Shown here one piece after another: positions 33,042-47,193 of a stretch of DNA of 56,691 nt. The position numbers and the translations under genes are program-made. Within the stretch, counting starts at the first letter, position 1, and the number at the start of each line of letters is the position of its first letter. This DNA is from Methanobacteriaceae archaeon (GTDB lineage: Archaea; Methanobacteriota; Methanobacteria; Methanobacteriales; Methanobacteriaceae), in the NCBI GenBank assembly GCA_017883605.1, contig JADGNH010000001.1, positions 1 through 56,691 on the forward strand. Reading direction: 5' to 3'. Below the pieces are notes generated by a model that had not been told where the DNA came from, did not search any database, and worked only from the letters and a program-made list of their open reading frames with translations.

Positions 33042-33833
33042 CTATAATCCTAAATCCATATTAATTCTGTCAGCTGGCCACCAGCTTCTTGGACACTGGA
33101 CGTAGCATACACCGCATTTTACACATCTGTCTTCGTTGAGTTCTGGTCTACCGTTGGTCATGTCAAGTGCTCTGGTCTGGCAGGACATGGCACATGTTCC
33201 ACATCCTATACAAAGAGCCTGGTTTACCACTTTGTTCTGTAAGTCTGATCCACCAGCTTCGGTGTATCCTGCTAGGTCTATCATAGGCTGCAGGTAATCC
33301 ATATCACCGTTAATGACAGCCACCACAGTTTTAGCGATGATTTCTGGTGATGGTGGGCATCCTGGTATAGCACAATCCACTTTTACGAGATCTGCGATTG
33401 GTACAAATGATTCATGATTTGGCTGTGCTTGCTGTCCACCACGTGAGTATCTGGTGAAACAACCGGTTGCTGCACATGAACCAAAAGCCACAACTAATCC
33501 TGCTTTTTCCCTCGCTTCCATTAATTCTTTGATGCTGTGTTCATCCTGCAGACATACAGACCCTTCAACTAGGGCCAGGTCCATTTCAGGCATATCCCAC
33601 ACATCAGCAAGTGTTTGTCCGTAAACTACATCCACCATTTCGGTTAGTAAAGGTGCTAAAATGTCGTAGTTTTCGCTTAACGACATAACGTCTCCGGTAC
33701 ATCCTGAAAGGTGGATGTATCCGATTCTTGGCTTAGGTTTTTCTTCCGCCACTTTTTCAACCTCCTGTTCTGAAGCTACTTCTTCTGTTGGTTTTGCTTC
33801 CATTCCTAAAAATTCTTTAATTCGGGCTAACAT
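33042..33833 (-). CDS. frhG: F420-reducing hydrogenase gamma subunit
   Basis: [18 protein letters not shown]-terminal 2x[4Fe-4S]. Confidence 0.97.
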   Translation of the reverse strand: MLARIKEFLGMEAKPTEEVASEQEVEKVAEEKPKPRIGYIHLSGCTGDVMSLSENYDILAPLLTEMVDVVYGQTLADVWDMPEMDLALVEGSVCLQDEHSIKELMEAREKAGLVVAFGSCAATGCFTRYSRGGQQAQPNHESFVPIADLVKVDCAIPGCPPSPEIIAKTVVAVINGDMDYLQPMIDLAGYTEAGGSDLQNKVVNQALCIGCGTCAMSCQTRALDMTNGRPELNEDRCVKCGVCYVQCPRSWWPADRINMDLGL

Positions 33834-33838
33834 TGGCT

Positions 33839-34309
<471 letters not shown>

Positions 34310-34318
34310 GTTATTCCC

Positions 34319-35536
34319 TTAAATCCTGACCATTTCGTTTTTTAAGATGCTCCTGTCTTCGTCGTCTACTACTATCACGTGGGTTGCACAGGATAGACAT
34401 GGATCGTAGGCTCTGATTACGTGGGGGCCAAGGTCGTGGTGGAATCCTTCAGTTGCAGGTCCCATGGTTGGTATGTTCCAGGTAGTTGGTACTAGACAGC
34501 TGTAGAACTGTGTTTTACCGTCAGCTACCTGAGCCATGTGCACGTCAAGTCCTCTTGGACCTTCAATAGCACCTATTCCCAGTTTGTTAGTTCCAGTAAC
34601 GTCGAAATCAGCCATTACCGGTGCTGAGGTATCTAGTTCACCCAATATGCCTATAGCTTTGGATAAAGCTGTTCTCATCTCTAATGCCCGGGCTACGTGT
34701 TGTGCTACTACACCTTTATCTCTGAAGCCGCGGAATACCTCTGCTCTAGCTCTAGGACCCACTTCTACGTTTACACCGTCGTATAATGGTATGGTAGAGC
34801 ATGCTCTTTTTCCTACTTCTGGGTCATCATACCAGCTTTCTGGCATTATTTCAGTGAACCTTTCCAGGTCGAATTTTTCCCGGTCACCGTAAAGCTGGTG
34901 AGTGGCTAATGTAGGGGCATTGGTTACACCCAAATCTGCTGGTAGGCCTTTGTCTGCAACTAATCCAATAATAAGATCAACGTGTGCATCTAATTTTGGT
35001 TTAAGTTGTTTCAATCTTGTGTATAGCCTTTTTCTTGCTATTTCACTGAGATTTTGGGCCATTCCACCGATTCTAACATCGGATGGGTGTATACCCTCTC
35101 CGCCGACCATATCTACTACGTATTGGACGTTTTTTCTGATTTCAGAAACAGAGTTTATGGCAGTAACCATCAGGTCTGCTGGTACAACGTCGGCAGCTAT
35201 CAAGAACTGGTGTATAGCATGGCTGTTCACGTCGTGAGCAGCTAAAAGGAGTTCTCTAAGTTGCCTGGCTGCTGGTGGTATTTCTATATCTAACGAATCA
35301 TCCATAGCCTCTACAGAAGCTAGGGTGTGAGGTATAGGACAGACCCCACAGATTCTCTGTGTAATTACTGGTGCCATTTCTGGAACCTTACCAGTAACAA
35401 TCTTCTCTAAGCCTCTTACTGGAGTAATACTGAAGTATCGCCCCTTAGTTACAATTCCTTCATCATCGACTTCCATGACCAACTCTGCGTGTCCTTCCTG
35501 TCGTGATGTTGGCGATATAACTATTTTTTCGCTCAA
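34319..35536 (-). CDS. frhA: F420-reducing [NiFe] hydrogenase alpha subunit
   Basis: [20 protein letters not shown] plus cleavable tail; TTG start after GAGGTG. Confidence 0.97.
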   Translation of the reverse strand: MSEKIVISPTSRQEGHAELVMEVDDEGIVTKGRYFSITPVRGLEKIVTGKVPEMAPVITQRICGVCPIPHTLASVEAMDDSLDIEIPPAARQLRELLLAAHDVNSHAIHQFLIAADVVPADLMVTAINSVSEIRKNVQYVVDMVGGEGIHPSDVRIGGMAQNLSEIARKRLYTRLKQLKPKLDAHVDLIIGLVADKGLPADLGVTNAPTLATHQLYGDREKFDLERFTEIMPESWYDDPEVGKRACSTIPLYDGVNVEVGPRARAEVFRGFRDKGVVAQHVARALEMRTALSKAIGILGELDTSAPVMADFDVTGTNKLGIGAIEGPRGLDVHMAQVADGKTQFYSCLVPTTWNIPTMGPATEGFHHDLGPHVIRAYDPCLSCATHVIVVDDEDRSILKNEMVRI

Positions 35537-35665
35537 ATGTATCACCTCTTGTTTTTATAATGAACATCATTATCCATTGATTATATATAATATTATAAGC
35601 TTTTCCTTAGAAGAGAAGATGAAAAATATATATACCATGAAAGACTAACTTTATAATTTCCATGT

Positions 35666-35717
35666 ATGACCTTCTAAAAGGTATTAGTCTTATGACCTTC
35701 TGAAAGATATTAGTCTA
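35666..35717. repeat. 26-bp imperfect tandem duplication upstream of frhA
   Basis: TATGACCTTCTRAAAGRTATTAGTCT twice. Confidence 0.8.
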
Positions 35718-36018
35718 TCATGATACTAGTAATGGATCATTAGAAATCAAAGGATTATAGGAATATTGTCTGAATAAAAATTGTGATAAATTTGAGGATA
35801 GTTTAATGAGGAAATTTATTCTTAATATCTGGCCAAGGTAAATTTTATAAGCTGTTTTAACCAAATATGAGTATATTTACAAATATTAGTATATTAGAAT
35901 AAAATTTAAAAATAATAAATTAAAATACTCATTAAAAACATAAATTCATTACAAGGCACATAAAATACATAAATACAATTAATATCACTAATAAATTAAT
36001 CAATGAGAGGTGTGTTGA

Positions 36019-36480
36019 TTGATAGATACTAAAATTCTTTTATCTGTGGTAATAGTAATTTTAATAGGTGTTGCAGCTGCTGGTTATCAAATTACAACCA
36101 AAACATCTGATTTATGGCAGCCAGTTACCTCCCAAAGCCCCACTACACCTGATGAAGGGGGATCCGGAACAACCAGTCCTTATTCATCAGATCAGGGAGT
36201 ATCTCAAACAGGAGGATCATCATTAGGATCATCATTATCACAAGGACAGGGAACAGGGAGTGTTAGCGTTAAAATAACAGCTACAGAAGCTAAAACACTA
36301 GCTCAAAATGCCATAAACCAGCCAGGAGCGGAAGCAGGTACGCCTAAACTGGTAACACTGAACAACACCTTAACCTATGTTGTGCCGATTATTCTTAACA
36401 ACGAACAGGTGGGAGAAATCGAAATAGACCCACAGACTGGTAAAATTACTGGAGGCGCAGGGGGTGCACCAAATGGTTGA
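36019..36480 (+). CDS. membrane-anchored PepSY-domain protein
   Basis: N-terminal TM/signal, S/T/G linker, ITATEAK...[19 protein letters not shown]. Confidence 0.8.
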   Translation: MIDTKILLSVVIVILIGVAAAGYQITTKTSDLWQPVTSQSPTTPDEGGSGTTSPYSSDQGVSQTGGSSLGSSLSQGQGTGSVSVKITATEAKTLAQNAINQPGAEAGTPKLVTLNNTLTYVVPIILNNEQVGEIEIDPQTGKITGGAGGAPNG

Positions 36481-37192
36481 ATTGTTTGAAACAGAAGTAG
36501 AATGTTGTAAAATAGTTTCAGAAGAGGTAGAAAATGCAGTGATTCTGGAAGGATCACCAGAACTGGGTTTGATAGGTAACATTTTAGGATGGCTTCTAGT
36601 GGAAGAACTTGACATGAAGCAAATAGGACATATAGATTCAAAGTACTTCCCACCCTTGGCTGTGCTCTATAAAGGAGTGGCAATACATCCCTTCAGGATA
36701 TACAGCAAAGATAATATCGTTCTATTCCTATCTGACTTCATAGTGCCTCCCATAGTGGCTTATGATATGGCTAATGCCATTGTGGAGTGGGCGCAGAGGA
36801 ACAATAGCAAAGAAATTATAACCTTCAACAGCATCGTGGTGAGGGAGAAAACTCAGGGAGTTGCTGGTGCAGCTAACTCTGAAGAAGGCTTAAAGAGATT
36901 GGGTGACATCAAAATCCCCATATTGCCATTTGGAAATGTCAGCGGACTTTCCGGCACCCTTTTAACCCGGAGCATCATCAAAAAGCTCCCGGCGTCCTGT
37001 CTCTTTGCTGAAGTTTTAAACCAGTACCCAGATCCCAGGGCAGCAGCCACCGTAGTGGATGTTTTAAATAAGATGGTAAATATAGAAGTCAATGCAGAGC
37101 CACTTCTCAAAGAAGCTGAAGAGATAGAAGCTCGCCTAAAAGAACTGGCCAATACAGTCCAGGGAGAGCAGGAATCCCCTGCTTATATGTAA
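36473..37192 (+). CDS. PAC2 family proteasome assembly chaperone
   Basis: [25 protein letters not shown]-terminal AYM. Confidence 0.9.
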   Translation: MVELFETEVECCKIVSEEVENAVILEGSPELGLIGNILGWLLVEELDMKQIGHIDSKYFPPLAVLYKGVAIHPFRIYSKDNIVLFLSDFIVPPIVAYDMANAIVEWAQRNNSKEIITFNSIVVREKTQGVAGAANSEEGLKRLGDIKIPILPFGNVSGLSGTLLTRSIIKKLPASCLFAEVLNQYPDPRAAATVVDVLNKMVNIEVNAEPLLKEAEEIEARLKELANTVQGEQESPAYM

Positions 37193-37229
37193 ATGGATTA
37201 AAAAAACAGATAGATAATCATAAATCATT

Positions 37230-37304
<75 letters not shown>

Positions 37305-37348
37305 TTTAAGTATATTTTTTTAGTTTCTGAGGAAAATTAGTGTACATA

Positions 37349-37426
<78 letters not shown>

Positions 37427-37608
37427 TAAATTCTTTTAGTTTTAAAATCGTGCCTTAAATTTATAGTCATTTAAAGACTTATTTTAAAAAATAATGACTA
37501 AATTTAAAGAAAATAAAACTGAAAAACAGGAAAATTAAAGAAATAACTAAGAATTAAAGAAATAACAAAAAAAACAGAATAGGCATTTAGTCTATTAAAA
37601 CTAAACTT

Positions 37609-37722
37609 TTAATCTAACTCAGCACGCCAAGAAAATGTTTTACCTAGTAACTGCATCATTATCGTAACCACTATGAATCCACCAAAAATAACCGCTGCAA
37701 TTAATATTGTATTATATTCCAT
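37609..37722 (-). CDS. 37-aa single-TM micropeptide
   Basis: AGGTGA RBS; MEYNTILIAAVIFGGFIVVTIMMQLLGKTFSWRAELD. Confidence 0.65.
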   Translation of the reverse strand: MEYNTILIAAVIFGGFIVVTIMMQLLGKTFSWRAELD

Positions 37723-37944
37723 AAAGTCACCTGCTTTTCTTTCTATTAGGAAATTATTGCTTCTACTTAATATGGTTTGTCCTCTATTTTCAGATATAAA
37801 AATATACTTATAATCAGATCATATCTTTTTTTTTTGATCTATTTAGTTTTAGTTTCTACATCTAAAATTGAATTTAAAAAATTGGTTTATCAAAAGAAAT
37901 TATTTGAAATTATTTGAAATCAAAAAAAAATTGATTAAAATAAT

Positions 37945-39213
37945 TTAAAAATAATCATCCAGGGTGCTGTCCGGATTTCTATCTGAATTATCAGCTGATT
38001 TATTATTGGAATTATCGGCCGATTTATCAGCTGAATTATCATGGGGATCATTTTCAAATAGGATCTCTCCATATCTTCCTCCACCACCAGACTCGATTTG
38101 GAGGGTTTTATCGCGGAAGGCCTTTATAATTGGGGTTAACTTTGGTTCAACTTTTTCAAGCTCCTTCAATGGAGTGTAGATGAGGACCGATATTTCGTTG
38201 CCAAATTTATGCACCAGTTCTTCCCATATCTTCTGCACAAAAACCGTGGTAACCCCTTTATTATATCTACGGCTTATTATATCTGCCAACGGAAGTATGT
38301 GAACGTATGGAGGTCTGTGCGGTGGATGATGTGGCTCATCCCATGTGGAAAGCTCGTATATTCTGTAATCAACACCTTTTTTAATTGTCCCACCGCAGGG
38401 ACATTTCATTTTTTGCTTTATAGCATCTTCAATGTCAAATATTTTGTAACACCGGGTACAGGCAGTTTTATGGTATTTACCCAGTCTTGGATCGAAACCG
38501 TAATTGGCATTTATCTTCTTTTTCAAAATGCTGTCCTTAATATTCTGGAAGTTCAGCTCATTCACCTTCATTTCATTAAATTCCCTTCCCAGACGGTGAG
38601 GCCATGGTGAATGGGCGTCAGAATTAGACAAAAATGGAATATCCTGGAGTTCCTCTATGTGGTCAGCCATATCACTGTCTGCTGAAAGCCCTAACTCCAG
38701 AAAGTCGGGTTTTTTATCATAACAATCCCATAAACTGTCATATTCCTTGTAAATACTGGTCCATGGTGTGAAAGCATGGGAAGGTCCTGCCAAACAGCCG
38801 TGTTCATGAGCTATGTCCATTATTTCTGCGCCGTTCATATGCACTTTAGGTCTGCCATCAGAATCCAGGTTTCCTTTAAAATCCTCCCTCATCCCGTAGG
38901 CTACATCAAGAGAGGGTAGAATTAAGAGGTGATGCACTCTTTTGATGTCCTCAACCTCTACGGTTAAAATAAATCGACACCCAGAGTTCTCTGAAGTAAC
39001 CTGGGAGTCTTTTTTAAGGGAATAAATACCTTCATCTGTCTTCTCAGTGCTTTCTTCTATGATCTTCAACCATTTAAGGTGCAGAGCATCGCCGGTTCCC
39101 ACCAAATCCAGACCCTTGAGCCTTGCCTGGGGAGCTATCACATTGGGGGTCATGTTCTTAGATGTGGCCAGGGAATATCGGCCGTGAATGTGAAGGTCAG
39201 CATTGATTATCAT
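37945..39213 (-). CDS. TIGR00375/endonuclease Q-like PHP-domain protein
   Basis: [33 protein letters not shown], Zn CxxC...CxC. Confidence 0.88.
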   Translation of the reverse strand: MIINADLHIHGRYSLATSKNMTPNVIAPQARLKGLDLVGTGDALHLKWLKIIEESTEKTDEGIYSLKKDSQVTSENSGCRFILTVEVEDIKRVHHLLILPSLDVAYGMREDFKGNLDSDGRPKVHMNGAEIMDIAHEHGCLAGPSHAFTPWTSIYKEYDSLWDCYDKKPDFLELGLSADSDMADHIEELQDIPFLSNSDAHSPWPHRLGREFNEMKVNELNFQNIKDSILKKKINANYGFDPRLGKYHKTACTRCYKIFDIEDAIKQKMKCPCGGTIKKGVDYRIYELSTWDEPHHPPHRPPYVHILPLADIISRRYNKGVTTVFVQKIWEELVHKFGNEISVLIYTPLKELEKVEPKLTPIIKAFRDKTLQIESGGGGRYGEILFENDPHDNSADKSADNSNNKSADNSDRNPDSTLDDYF

Positions 39214-39413
39214 CTGAATACCTGATTTAATGATTTTTGGAACAGATTCTATACTAATTTTTTTAGGAAATATTTTTTTAAGAAATTTATAGGTAAAAAA
39301 ATAAAAAATAATTTAATATTCATTTTTTTTCTTTAAATCATGCCCAAATTTGGGGATAACTTATCCTTGATACTCATTTATCCTGTATTTTGTTCCGGAT
39401 CCATATCCTCAAA

Positions 39414-40187
39414 TTATCCAATATACCTTAGATCTTCCTCTCCAGGAGCAACGTGCATCCTTTCAGCCATTTCTTGCTCCATCTGCTGGGCTTTGGATAT
39501 CATTTTCCTTGTTTCTTCAGCTCTTTCCTCCAGCTTGGCGATGTCAATATCAATTTTGAGGATATCAATTAGTAAAGAGAGCACTGCCTTGGATGCATCG
39601 GCATCGATGAAGTATCCGGGTGTTTCACCCATTAAACATGCGCCTTCAATCCCCCGATATACTCCCAGACCAAGGAGAAGTCCTGATGCCCCAATTATTC
39701 CGCCGTCTGCTGATCTGAGTGTGACACCATGATCTTTCAGCATTTCAGCCCGTTTTTTGGTTGTTGCTGCTCCGAAAACCTTGGGTTTTTCAACATTCTG
39801 ACCGGTGCCCAGACCACCCAAGGTGAACATCTCCTTAACCCCGTACTTCTCCACAAAATCAATGATTGCACCACATACATCGTACTGGCCTTCTGGACTA
39901 AGTCCCTGTGTATTTCCAACCAGTATTATATAGTCTCTTTTGTCTTCTCCTGCTGATTTAAGGTAATGGAACTCGTTTTTCATGGGTTCAATGATTCCGT
40001 CTTCATCAACAAAAACTTGGGGTGGGAAAGAGGGTGAGTAAAGTTCTGCAAATTTTTCGGCTTCAAGTTCGTGTATCATGTGTTCTGCAACCAGTTTCCC
40101 CACATGCCCTATTCCGGGGAGGGCCTCTATGAAGATGGGTTCTGTAAGATCCACATCTTTTATAAGATTTATAAAGGTCTCTTTCAT
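39414..40187 (-). CDS. PAC2 family protein
   Basis: [24 protein letters not shown]-terminal DLRYIG. Confidence 0.9.
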   Translation of the reverse strand: MKETFINLIKDVDLTEPIFIEALPGIGHVGKLVAEHMIHELEAEKFAELYSPSFPPQVFVDEDGIIEPMKNEFHYLKSAGEDKRDYIILVGNTQGLSPEGQYDVCGAIIDFVEKYGVKEMFTLGGLGTGQNVEKPKVFGAATTKKRAEMLKDHGVTLRSADGGIIGASGLLLGLGVYRGIEGACLMGETPGYFIDADASKAVLSLLIDILKIDIDIAKLEERAEETRKMISKAQQMEQEMAERMHVAPGEEDLRYIG

Positions 40188-40373
40188 CTAAACCAACTCC
40201 TCTTGAGCTTTTTTTAAAAGCTGCTTTTTAAGTATTCTTCTGTACTTCCCATATTTATCTTCTGGAGAATATTTAGGTGGATAAACCACCCCTAAGTCTC
40301 CCCCACAGTAGGGACATTTATCTTTTAATGTGTATTCACCGCAGGAACGACATTTCTTCATTTTCATCTTCAT
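40188..40373 (-). CDS. nop10: H/ACA RNP protein Nop10
   Basis: CxxC YTLK CPx[16 protein letters not shown]. Confidence 0.95.
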   Translation of the reverse strand: MKMKMKKCRSCGEYTLKDKCPYCGGDLGVVYPPKYSPEDKYGKYRRILKKQLLKKAQEELV

Positions 40374-41149
40374 TCTAATTCACGATAAAATTCGCCTTCA
40401 CCACCAGCATTGATCACAGAATCTACAGCTTTTTGAGCTGCATTTTTGAGAATATCCTCTGCTTCTATATAATCAGATGATTTAACTATCATTCTGTACC
40501 GGGGAGCACCTACACATTGTATAGAAATATGTTCATCGTTAATGGAACTCAGAGCATTTTTTATAACCTCAACACCATCGGAAGCATATGATTTTAAATC
40601 AACATAACCAGTTATATGGACTTCTGGAGGCGATATATTCTTCTTTGCCACCGCGGTTATGGCAACAGCCCATTCATCACTCATTCCCCTACTTGTGAGA
40701 GATGTTTCTCCCTCTTCAGCTGAAATTTCAAAGGCACCGTAGAGATCACCAAATTCATCCATTATTCCATATCCTACTTCTTCATATGCCGTGTCTAAAT
40801 CCTTTTCTATACTTTTTGCAGCAAATTCAAGCAGTTTTTCCGCTTTCTGCTCTATTTTCCACTGTTGAATCTTCCGGGTTCTCTGATCTTCCCTGATTCT
40901 TTTCATGGAAACATCTACATGACCTTTCCGCGGGTTTACTCGCAATACTCTGGCCACTATCTTCTGGTTTTCCCGGACGTAGTCCCTGATATTTTTCACC
41001 CATCCTGAAGAAACCTCAGATATGTGTATGAAAGCTTCTTTTCCCTGGTATTCCTCCAGTTTGGCGAACGCCCCATAATTCAGAACCTTATGAACCGTTC
41101 CAACCACCAAATCTCCTTCGTCTGGCCATTCACTTCTCATTCTTACCAT
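40370..41149 (-). CDS. eif2a: translation initiation factor 2 alpha
   Basis: S1 domain, [15 protein letters not shown]. Confidence 0.96.
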   Translation of the reverse strand: MVRMRSEWPDEGDLVVGTVHKVLNYGAFAKLEEYQGKEAFIHISEVSSGWVKNIRDYVRENQKIVARVLRVNPRKGHVDVSMKRIREDQRTRKIQQWKIEQKAEKLLEFAAKSIEKDLDTAYEEVGYGIMDEFGDLYGAFEISAEEGETSLTSRGMSDEWAVAITAVAKKNISPPEVHITGYVDLKSYASDGVEVIKNALSSINDEHISIQCVGAPRYRMIVKSSDYIEAEDILKNAAQKAVDSVINAGGEGEFYRELE

Positions 41150-41177
41150 TAAAACACCTAAACTTTAATATGATAAA

Positions 41178-41363
41178 TTAATCTAATACTTCCACTATCT
41201 GTGCAACTATTTTGGATTTTCCGCCCTGGGACTTTACCAGGGTTTTGCCGCAGATTATGCACTGCACAGTTGATGCTGCGTGGTCAAAAACTATCTGCTG
41301 ATTTCCGCAGTCTATACATTTAACCTTTAAAAAGTTGCTCTTGGAACTCTTGAAATTTGCCAT
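41178..41363 (-). CDS. rps27e: 30S ribosomal protein S27e
   Basis: FLKVKCxDCGN...CxxCGKTL. Confidence 0.96.
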   Translation of the reverse strand: MANFKSSKSNFLKVKCIDCGNQQIVFDHAASTVQCIICGKTLVKSQGGKSKIVAQIVEVLD

Positions 41364-41373
41364 TTATGACCAC

Positions 41374-41652
41374 CTACATTGTAAACTCTACTTTTCCAGT
41401 TCTGAAAGAAGACCGCTTTATATGTGACTTCCCACATTCTTTACATTTATATCTTAAATCAAGCTTTTTTACGGGTTTATTGCCAGATGGTAGCGGCCGG
41501 GGATAGCCTCGGTATCCGCTGGTAACTCTCCTGAACTGGCGTTGTCCCCATTTAAGTTCACTAGCCTTTCTTCTTTTTGATTCGAATACTTCGTGAAGTC
41601 TGTGTTTCTTGCAACTTGGACAATAAGTTCTCCTTTCTTTAGGAATCTTCAT
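41374..41652 (-). CDS. rpl44e: 50S ribosomal protein L44e
   Basis: [22 protein letters not shown]. Confidence 0.96.
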   Translation of the reverse strand: MKIPKERRTYCPSCKKHRLHEVFESKRRKASELKWGQRQFRRVTSGYRGYPRPLPSGNKPVKKLDLRYKCKECGKSHIKRSSFRTGKVEFTM

Positions 41653-41810
41653 ATAATCACCTCTTAATTGTAAAAATAAGCATAAATTAGTTAAAAAGCT
41701 TATTTAACACCAGATTATAGTATTAACTCTATACTAATAAGTTTAATAAATAATCTAATCTTAATCAATTTAAATAATCTAATTTTATCAAAATATTTTT
41801 ATTTAAATCT

Positions 41811-43492
<1,682 letters not shown>

Positions 43493-43701
43493 TTTATCCT
43501 CCTTTAATTTTTTTCTATTTAGTCAATAATCTATTTTTTATTATCATTCAATAATCTATTTTTTATTATCCAAAAAAATATCTATTTTTACACTTATCCA
43601 GAATATTTCTATACTTATCCAAAATATTCTACACTTTAAATCCAAAGATCTATTTCTATCCAAAAATCTAGTTCTCCAAAATACATTCAGTTATTTACAT
43701 G

Positions 43702-44307
43702 TTAAGCCTTCTTATCTATCATTCGGTCCTTTTCAGTTGAAGCATCATCCCTAGATTTTTTGGATTTTTCCTCTTCAACTTCCAGTTCGGTGTGTATTTT
43801 TTTGAAAAATGTATCATTCAAGTATTTACGGGCAAATACGGCCGCTAATATCAGGACGCCAATGAGTATCAGGAAAACCGCGAACATTGCCTGTTCCCCA
43901 AATACCACATTGTCAACAACCCGGGACGTAGAATTGGAGATTAAGATTATTCCAACAATAATCAGTAAAAAGCCAATAAATGCAGCTGTAATTTGTATTA
44001 TTTTGTCTTTTTTTTCTTTGAAGTATTTGAAAGCATCGTGGTCATATAACTGACTTACACCAGGAACTTCATGATGATTTTCATTATCTTTAACCGATTT
44101 TACCGGGGATTTATCGGTGCTGGGTTTTTGTTCAACGTGTTCTCCTAATGAAAATTTTTTAACTGCTTTAAATAATGGATTATCAAATAATCCTTTATTT
44201 TTTTTGGTTTTAATCTTTTTAGAAGAAGTATTATTGGATCCTGAATTTTTTGGCAACCTTAGTACCTCCATAAGTTCATGATGATTTCTAAGTAAATTTT
44301 GTGCCAT
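43702..44307 (-). CDS. hypothetical two-TM membrane protein
   Basis: Two hydrophobic helices flanking RVVDNVVFGE; charged disordered ends. Confidence 0.75.
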   Translation of the reverse strand: MAQNLLRNHHELMEVLRLPKNSGSNNTSSKKIKTKKNKGLFDNPLFKAVKKFSLGEHVEQKPSTDKSPVKSVKDNENHHEVPGVSQLYDHDAFKYFKEKKDKIIQITAAFIGFLLIIVGIILISNSTSRVVDNVVFGEQAMFAVFLILIGVLILAAVFARKYLNDTFFKKIHTELEVEEEKSKKSRDDASTEKDRMIDKKA

Positions 44308-44333
44308 ATCCTAATTTTTAATGATGTACTCTT

Positions 44334-44651
44334 CTAATCATATTCTCGCCAGGTAAAACCGCAGGCACTGCACCTTAAAAACCTGGTTTCAGATTCATCA
44401 GCCCTTCTGGTCTGCTGCAGCCACCAGAAGGCTTCTTTGTTTTTGCATTTGGAACAAATGGCCCGGGTAGTGGGTAAAGTTTTTATCTTATCATCGGTGA
44501 ATATTATGCTCTCTTTTGCCTTTACCTTTTCTGAAACCTCATATCCACTGATCAGTTCTTTAGTCATCTCTATTTCGTATCCGCATTTTTTACAATGAAA
44601 ACAGTTATCCTGGGGAAACATCACAGTTCCGCATTTGGGGCAAAACTCCAT
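44334..44651 (-). CDS. tfs: transcription factor S
   Basis: [16 protein letters not shown] in a Zn ribbon. Confidence 0.96.
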   Translation of the reverse strand: MEFCPKCGTVMFPQDNCFHCKKCGYEIEMTKELISGYEVSEKVKAKESIIFTDDKIKTLPTTRAICSKCKNKEAFWWLQQTRRADESETRFLRCSACGFTWREYD

Positions 44652-44704
44652 TCAAATCCTCCTAATTATGTTAAAGCTCATAAATACAATTTTTTTAAAC
44701 TCAG

Positions 44705-44799
44705 TTTTAATTCAATTTTAATTCAATTTTAATTCAATTTTAATTCAATTTTAATTCAATTTTAATTCAATTTTAATTCAATTTTAATTCAATTTTAAT
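44705..44799. repeat. 11-bp minisatellite, 8 full copies plus a partial
   Basis: (TTTTAATTCAA)x8. Confidence 0.95.
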
Positions 44800-44899
44800 C
44801 ATATTTCTACCCATATTCTGACTATTTAAATTTATAGGTGATATTTCTGAATTTTCTCTTTACTATTTATCATTATTGATCCATTGATATAACTTTATT

Positions 44900-45298
44900 C
44901 TAAGCTTTAAAGGCATCTTTCAGAATTTTTTTATGATCAAATGCCAAATCAAATTTAAATATCTCATCTAACTTAAAACAAGCTACTTCCGATGCGTCAG
45001 TGTCTGCCTTTAAATTTCCACCAATTTTATGAGCCATGAAACAGACTGAAACTACATGTCCCCGGGGATCCCTCCCAGGATCAGAATAAACCCCAAAAAT
45101 CCTATTTAAACTGATTTCAAGGCCTGTTTCCTCTTTTACTTCCCTTATAACTGCTGATTCCACTGTTTCACCGTATTCCACAAATCCTCCCGGTAAAGCC
45201 CAGAAACCTTCATACGGCGGGTTTTTCCGTTTGATAAGTACTACAGAATTGTTTCCACAATTTATAACCGCATCTACAGTTAAAAGAGGGTGTTTGAT
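44900..45298 (-). CDS. NUDIX hydrolase (ADP-ribose pyrophosphatase-like), apparent ATC start
   Basis: Frame extends upstream of the listed [15 protein letters not shown]...[12 protein letters not shown]...[12 protein letters not shown]. Confidence 0.85.
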   Translation of the reverse strand: MKHPLLTVDAVINCGNNSVVLIKRKNPPYEGFWALPGGFVEYGETVESAVIREVKEETGLEISLNRIFGVYSDPGRDPRGHVVSVCFMAHKIGGNLKADTDASEVACFKLDEIFKFDLAFDHKKILKDAFKA

Positions 45299-45442
45299 CT
45301 GAACACTTCCTTATTTCTATTGATTTATTCTATTTTTATTAAATTTTTTATTAATTTTGATTTAAATTATCCTTAAAAAAATAATTTGATTATCCAAAAA
45401 TTTTAGAATAAATTTACTAATGCTAATTCATCTGACAGGATC

Positions 45443-46048
45443 TTAAGCACTTCCTTTGGATTCTCCGGTGGTAACTCCTGCAGCTATGATGTGCGCAACC
45501 CTTACAGGCTCCGGTATGGCACTTCGGGTTGCTGAAAGCCTTACTATTTCTTCTGCATCCTCCAGGTTAATGCCCTGTATCTGGATGTATATGTTTTCTT
45601 CATTCTCAATTTCGTACACCTTTCCAGCGTCCAGAACATTGTTCCATCTTTCTTCCCAGTCTTGGAAACGTTTTAATGCTTTTTTTATTTTTTCAAAGCT
45701 GGGAAACCTCCTCATTATAACTATAACCGGTATCCCTGTTTCCTGGAAGATCTTTCGGATGTTGACAACGTTAAAACCCCCAAAAGTGATTCCATCCAAC
45801 ATAATAACCCCTAACTGGTCCTTTTGACGGGTATGGTTCACCATACTGCTTATTTTGCTGGTGGCATCCGTACCATCTCCAGTTATATAGGTTCTAAGCA
45901 CTCCGTCAAGCCAGTTCCCCGCCCGAAAAACTGTGCCAATCAACATCACCGGACTGGTGGTGTGGATGGGGAAAGGAGCATCATCAACCCCTAAAATTCT
46001 TATTTCCTGCTTTATTTTCCTGAATTTTCTATTTTCATTTTCATTCAT
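45443..46048 (-). CDS. DUF99 family protein (endonuclease V-like)
   Basis: [31 protein letters not shown]. Confidence 0.88.
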   Translation of the reverse strand: MNENENRKFRKIKQEIRILGVDDAPFPIHTTSPVMLIGTVFRAGNWLDGVLRTYITGDGTDATSKISSMVNHTRQKDQLGVIMLDGITFGGFNVVNIRKIFQETGIPVIVIMRRFPSFEKIKKALKRFQDWEERWNNVLDAGKVYEIENEENIYIQIQGINLEDAEEIVRLSATRSAIPEPVRVAHIIAAGVTTGESKGSA

Positions 46049-46314
46049 TTTTCATCTTTAGAAGATTCAACCAGATCCTTAAATTCATCACAGTCTGATT
46101 TCAATTTTTCTGCAGCTTTTTTAAGCGACTTCCGGGGATTCTTTGCCTTAATATAGAGCATAGGTTCTCCTATAATGGGATGTTCTACCACGTATGCCGC
46201 AGCTTCCACATCTTTATCCTCCATGAGGGTCTTTCTCAGTGCATTACAGAGTGAATGGGATTCTCCAGTTATTTCTATCTCCAGTTCCTTTTTAGTATCC
46301 TTTATGATTTTCAT
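46045..46314 (-). CDS. rpoL: RNA polymerase subunit L (Rpo11)
   Basis: [19 protein letters not shown]; start placed at MKIIK. Confidence 0.95.
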   Translation of the reverse strand: MKIIKDTKKELEIEITGESHSLCNALRKTLMEDKDVEAAAYVVEHPIIGEPMLYIKAKNPRKSLKKAAEKLKSDCDEFKDLVESSKDEK

Positions 46315-46315
46315 T

Positions 46316-46885
46316 TTATCCCTCATATTTCGAAGAAAGCTTTCTCCTCTCTTTCCTTCCACAATTTGGGCATATAGTTTCGTTTTTACTTAATTTTTTC
46401 ATGAAATGGCGGCAGTTGGTGCACATGGCCTTTATAACACCTAATTCCTTTTCCGCGGTGGTTAAATCCACGTTGTCTAAGCCAATTATCTTGGTGACTT
46501 TGGCTTCCACCAGGTCTCCAATTCTAAATTCATCGGTTAGCTTGGACACATACCCCTTTTCCGCCTGTGAAATATGTATTCCGCCAGAAAAAGAGGTTTG
46601 AAGACTTCTGTTGGAATCTTTAGCTCCCTCAATCTTTATCAAAGCTCTCTGTCCCCTGACTTCGGATATCTGTCCAAAAACCACCATTCCCCTTTTAAGG
46701 AGTGAGGGATAATTGGTTCTGGGCAAGATGGATATTCTCTTATTTTTTTGGTCTACAGATACTGTTCCTGCTACCAGGGATCTTATTTTTCCCTCATCTT
46801 CATAGGTCCAGTCTGATGGGACAAATTCCTCAGTAACTCCCAGGGCATCACCAGGTAAGACAAATTCTCCAGATTTGGTTCTCAT
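46316..46885 (-). CDS. csl4: exosome RNA-binding protein Csl4
   Basis: FVLPGD, S1 domain, C-terminal Zn ribbon, ERRKLS. Confidence 0.95.
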   Translation of the reverse strand: MRTKSGEFVLPGDALGVTEEFVPSDWTYEDEGKIRSLVAGTVSVDQKNKRISILPRTNYPSLLKRGMVVFGQISEVRGQRALIKIEGAKDSNRSLQTSFSGGIHISQAEKGYVSKLTDEFRIGDLVEAKVTKIIGLDNVDLTTAEKELGVIKAMCTNCRHFMKKLSKNETICPNCGRKERRKLSSKYEG

Positions 46886-47193
46886 TCATTCACCTCGACT
46901 AAAATAAATCTCCATTAATTTTAAAAGTTCTTTTTATATCTAATTTTTCATATAATTACATTATGCACATTATAAGCTGATTAAATGACTATTAGGTAAT
47001 TAAATGAATAGTAGGTATAAATCTATTTACAAAGATGTTTAGTTAGTTATAGAAAATACATTATAACCAATCATTTAGTTATGGAATACACTATAACCAA
47101 TATTAATTTGCATTATAACCAATATTATCTGGTTACAACCTCTTAAATCATTTATTTTTTATGTTATTGTTTACTGCTTTATTATTTAATTCA

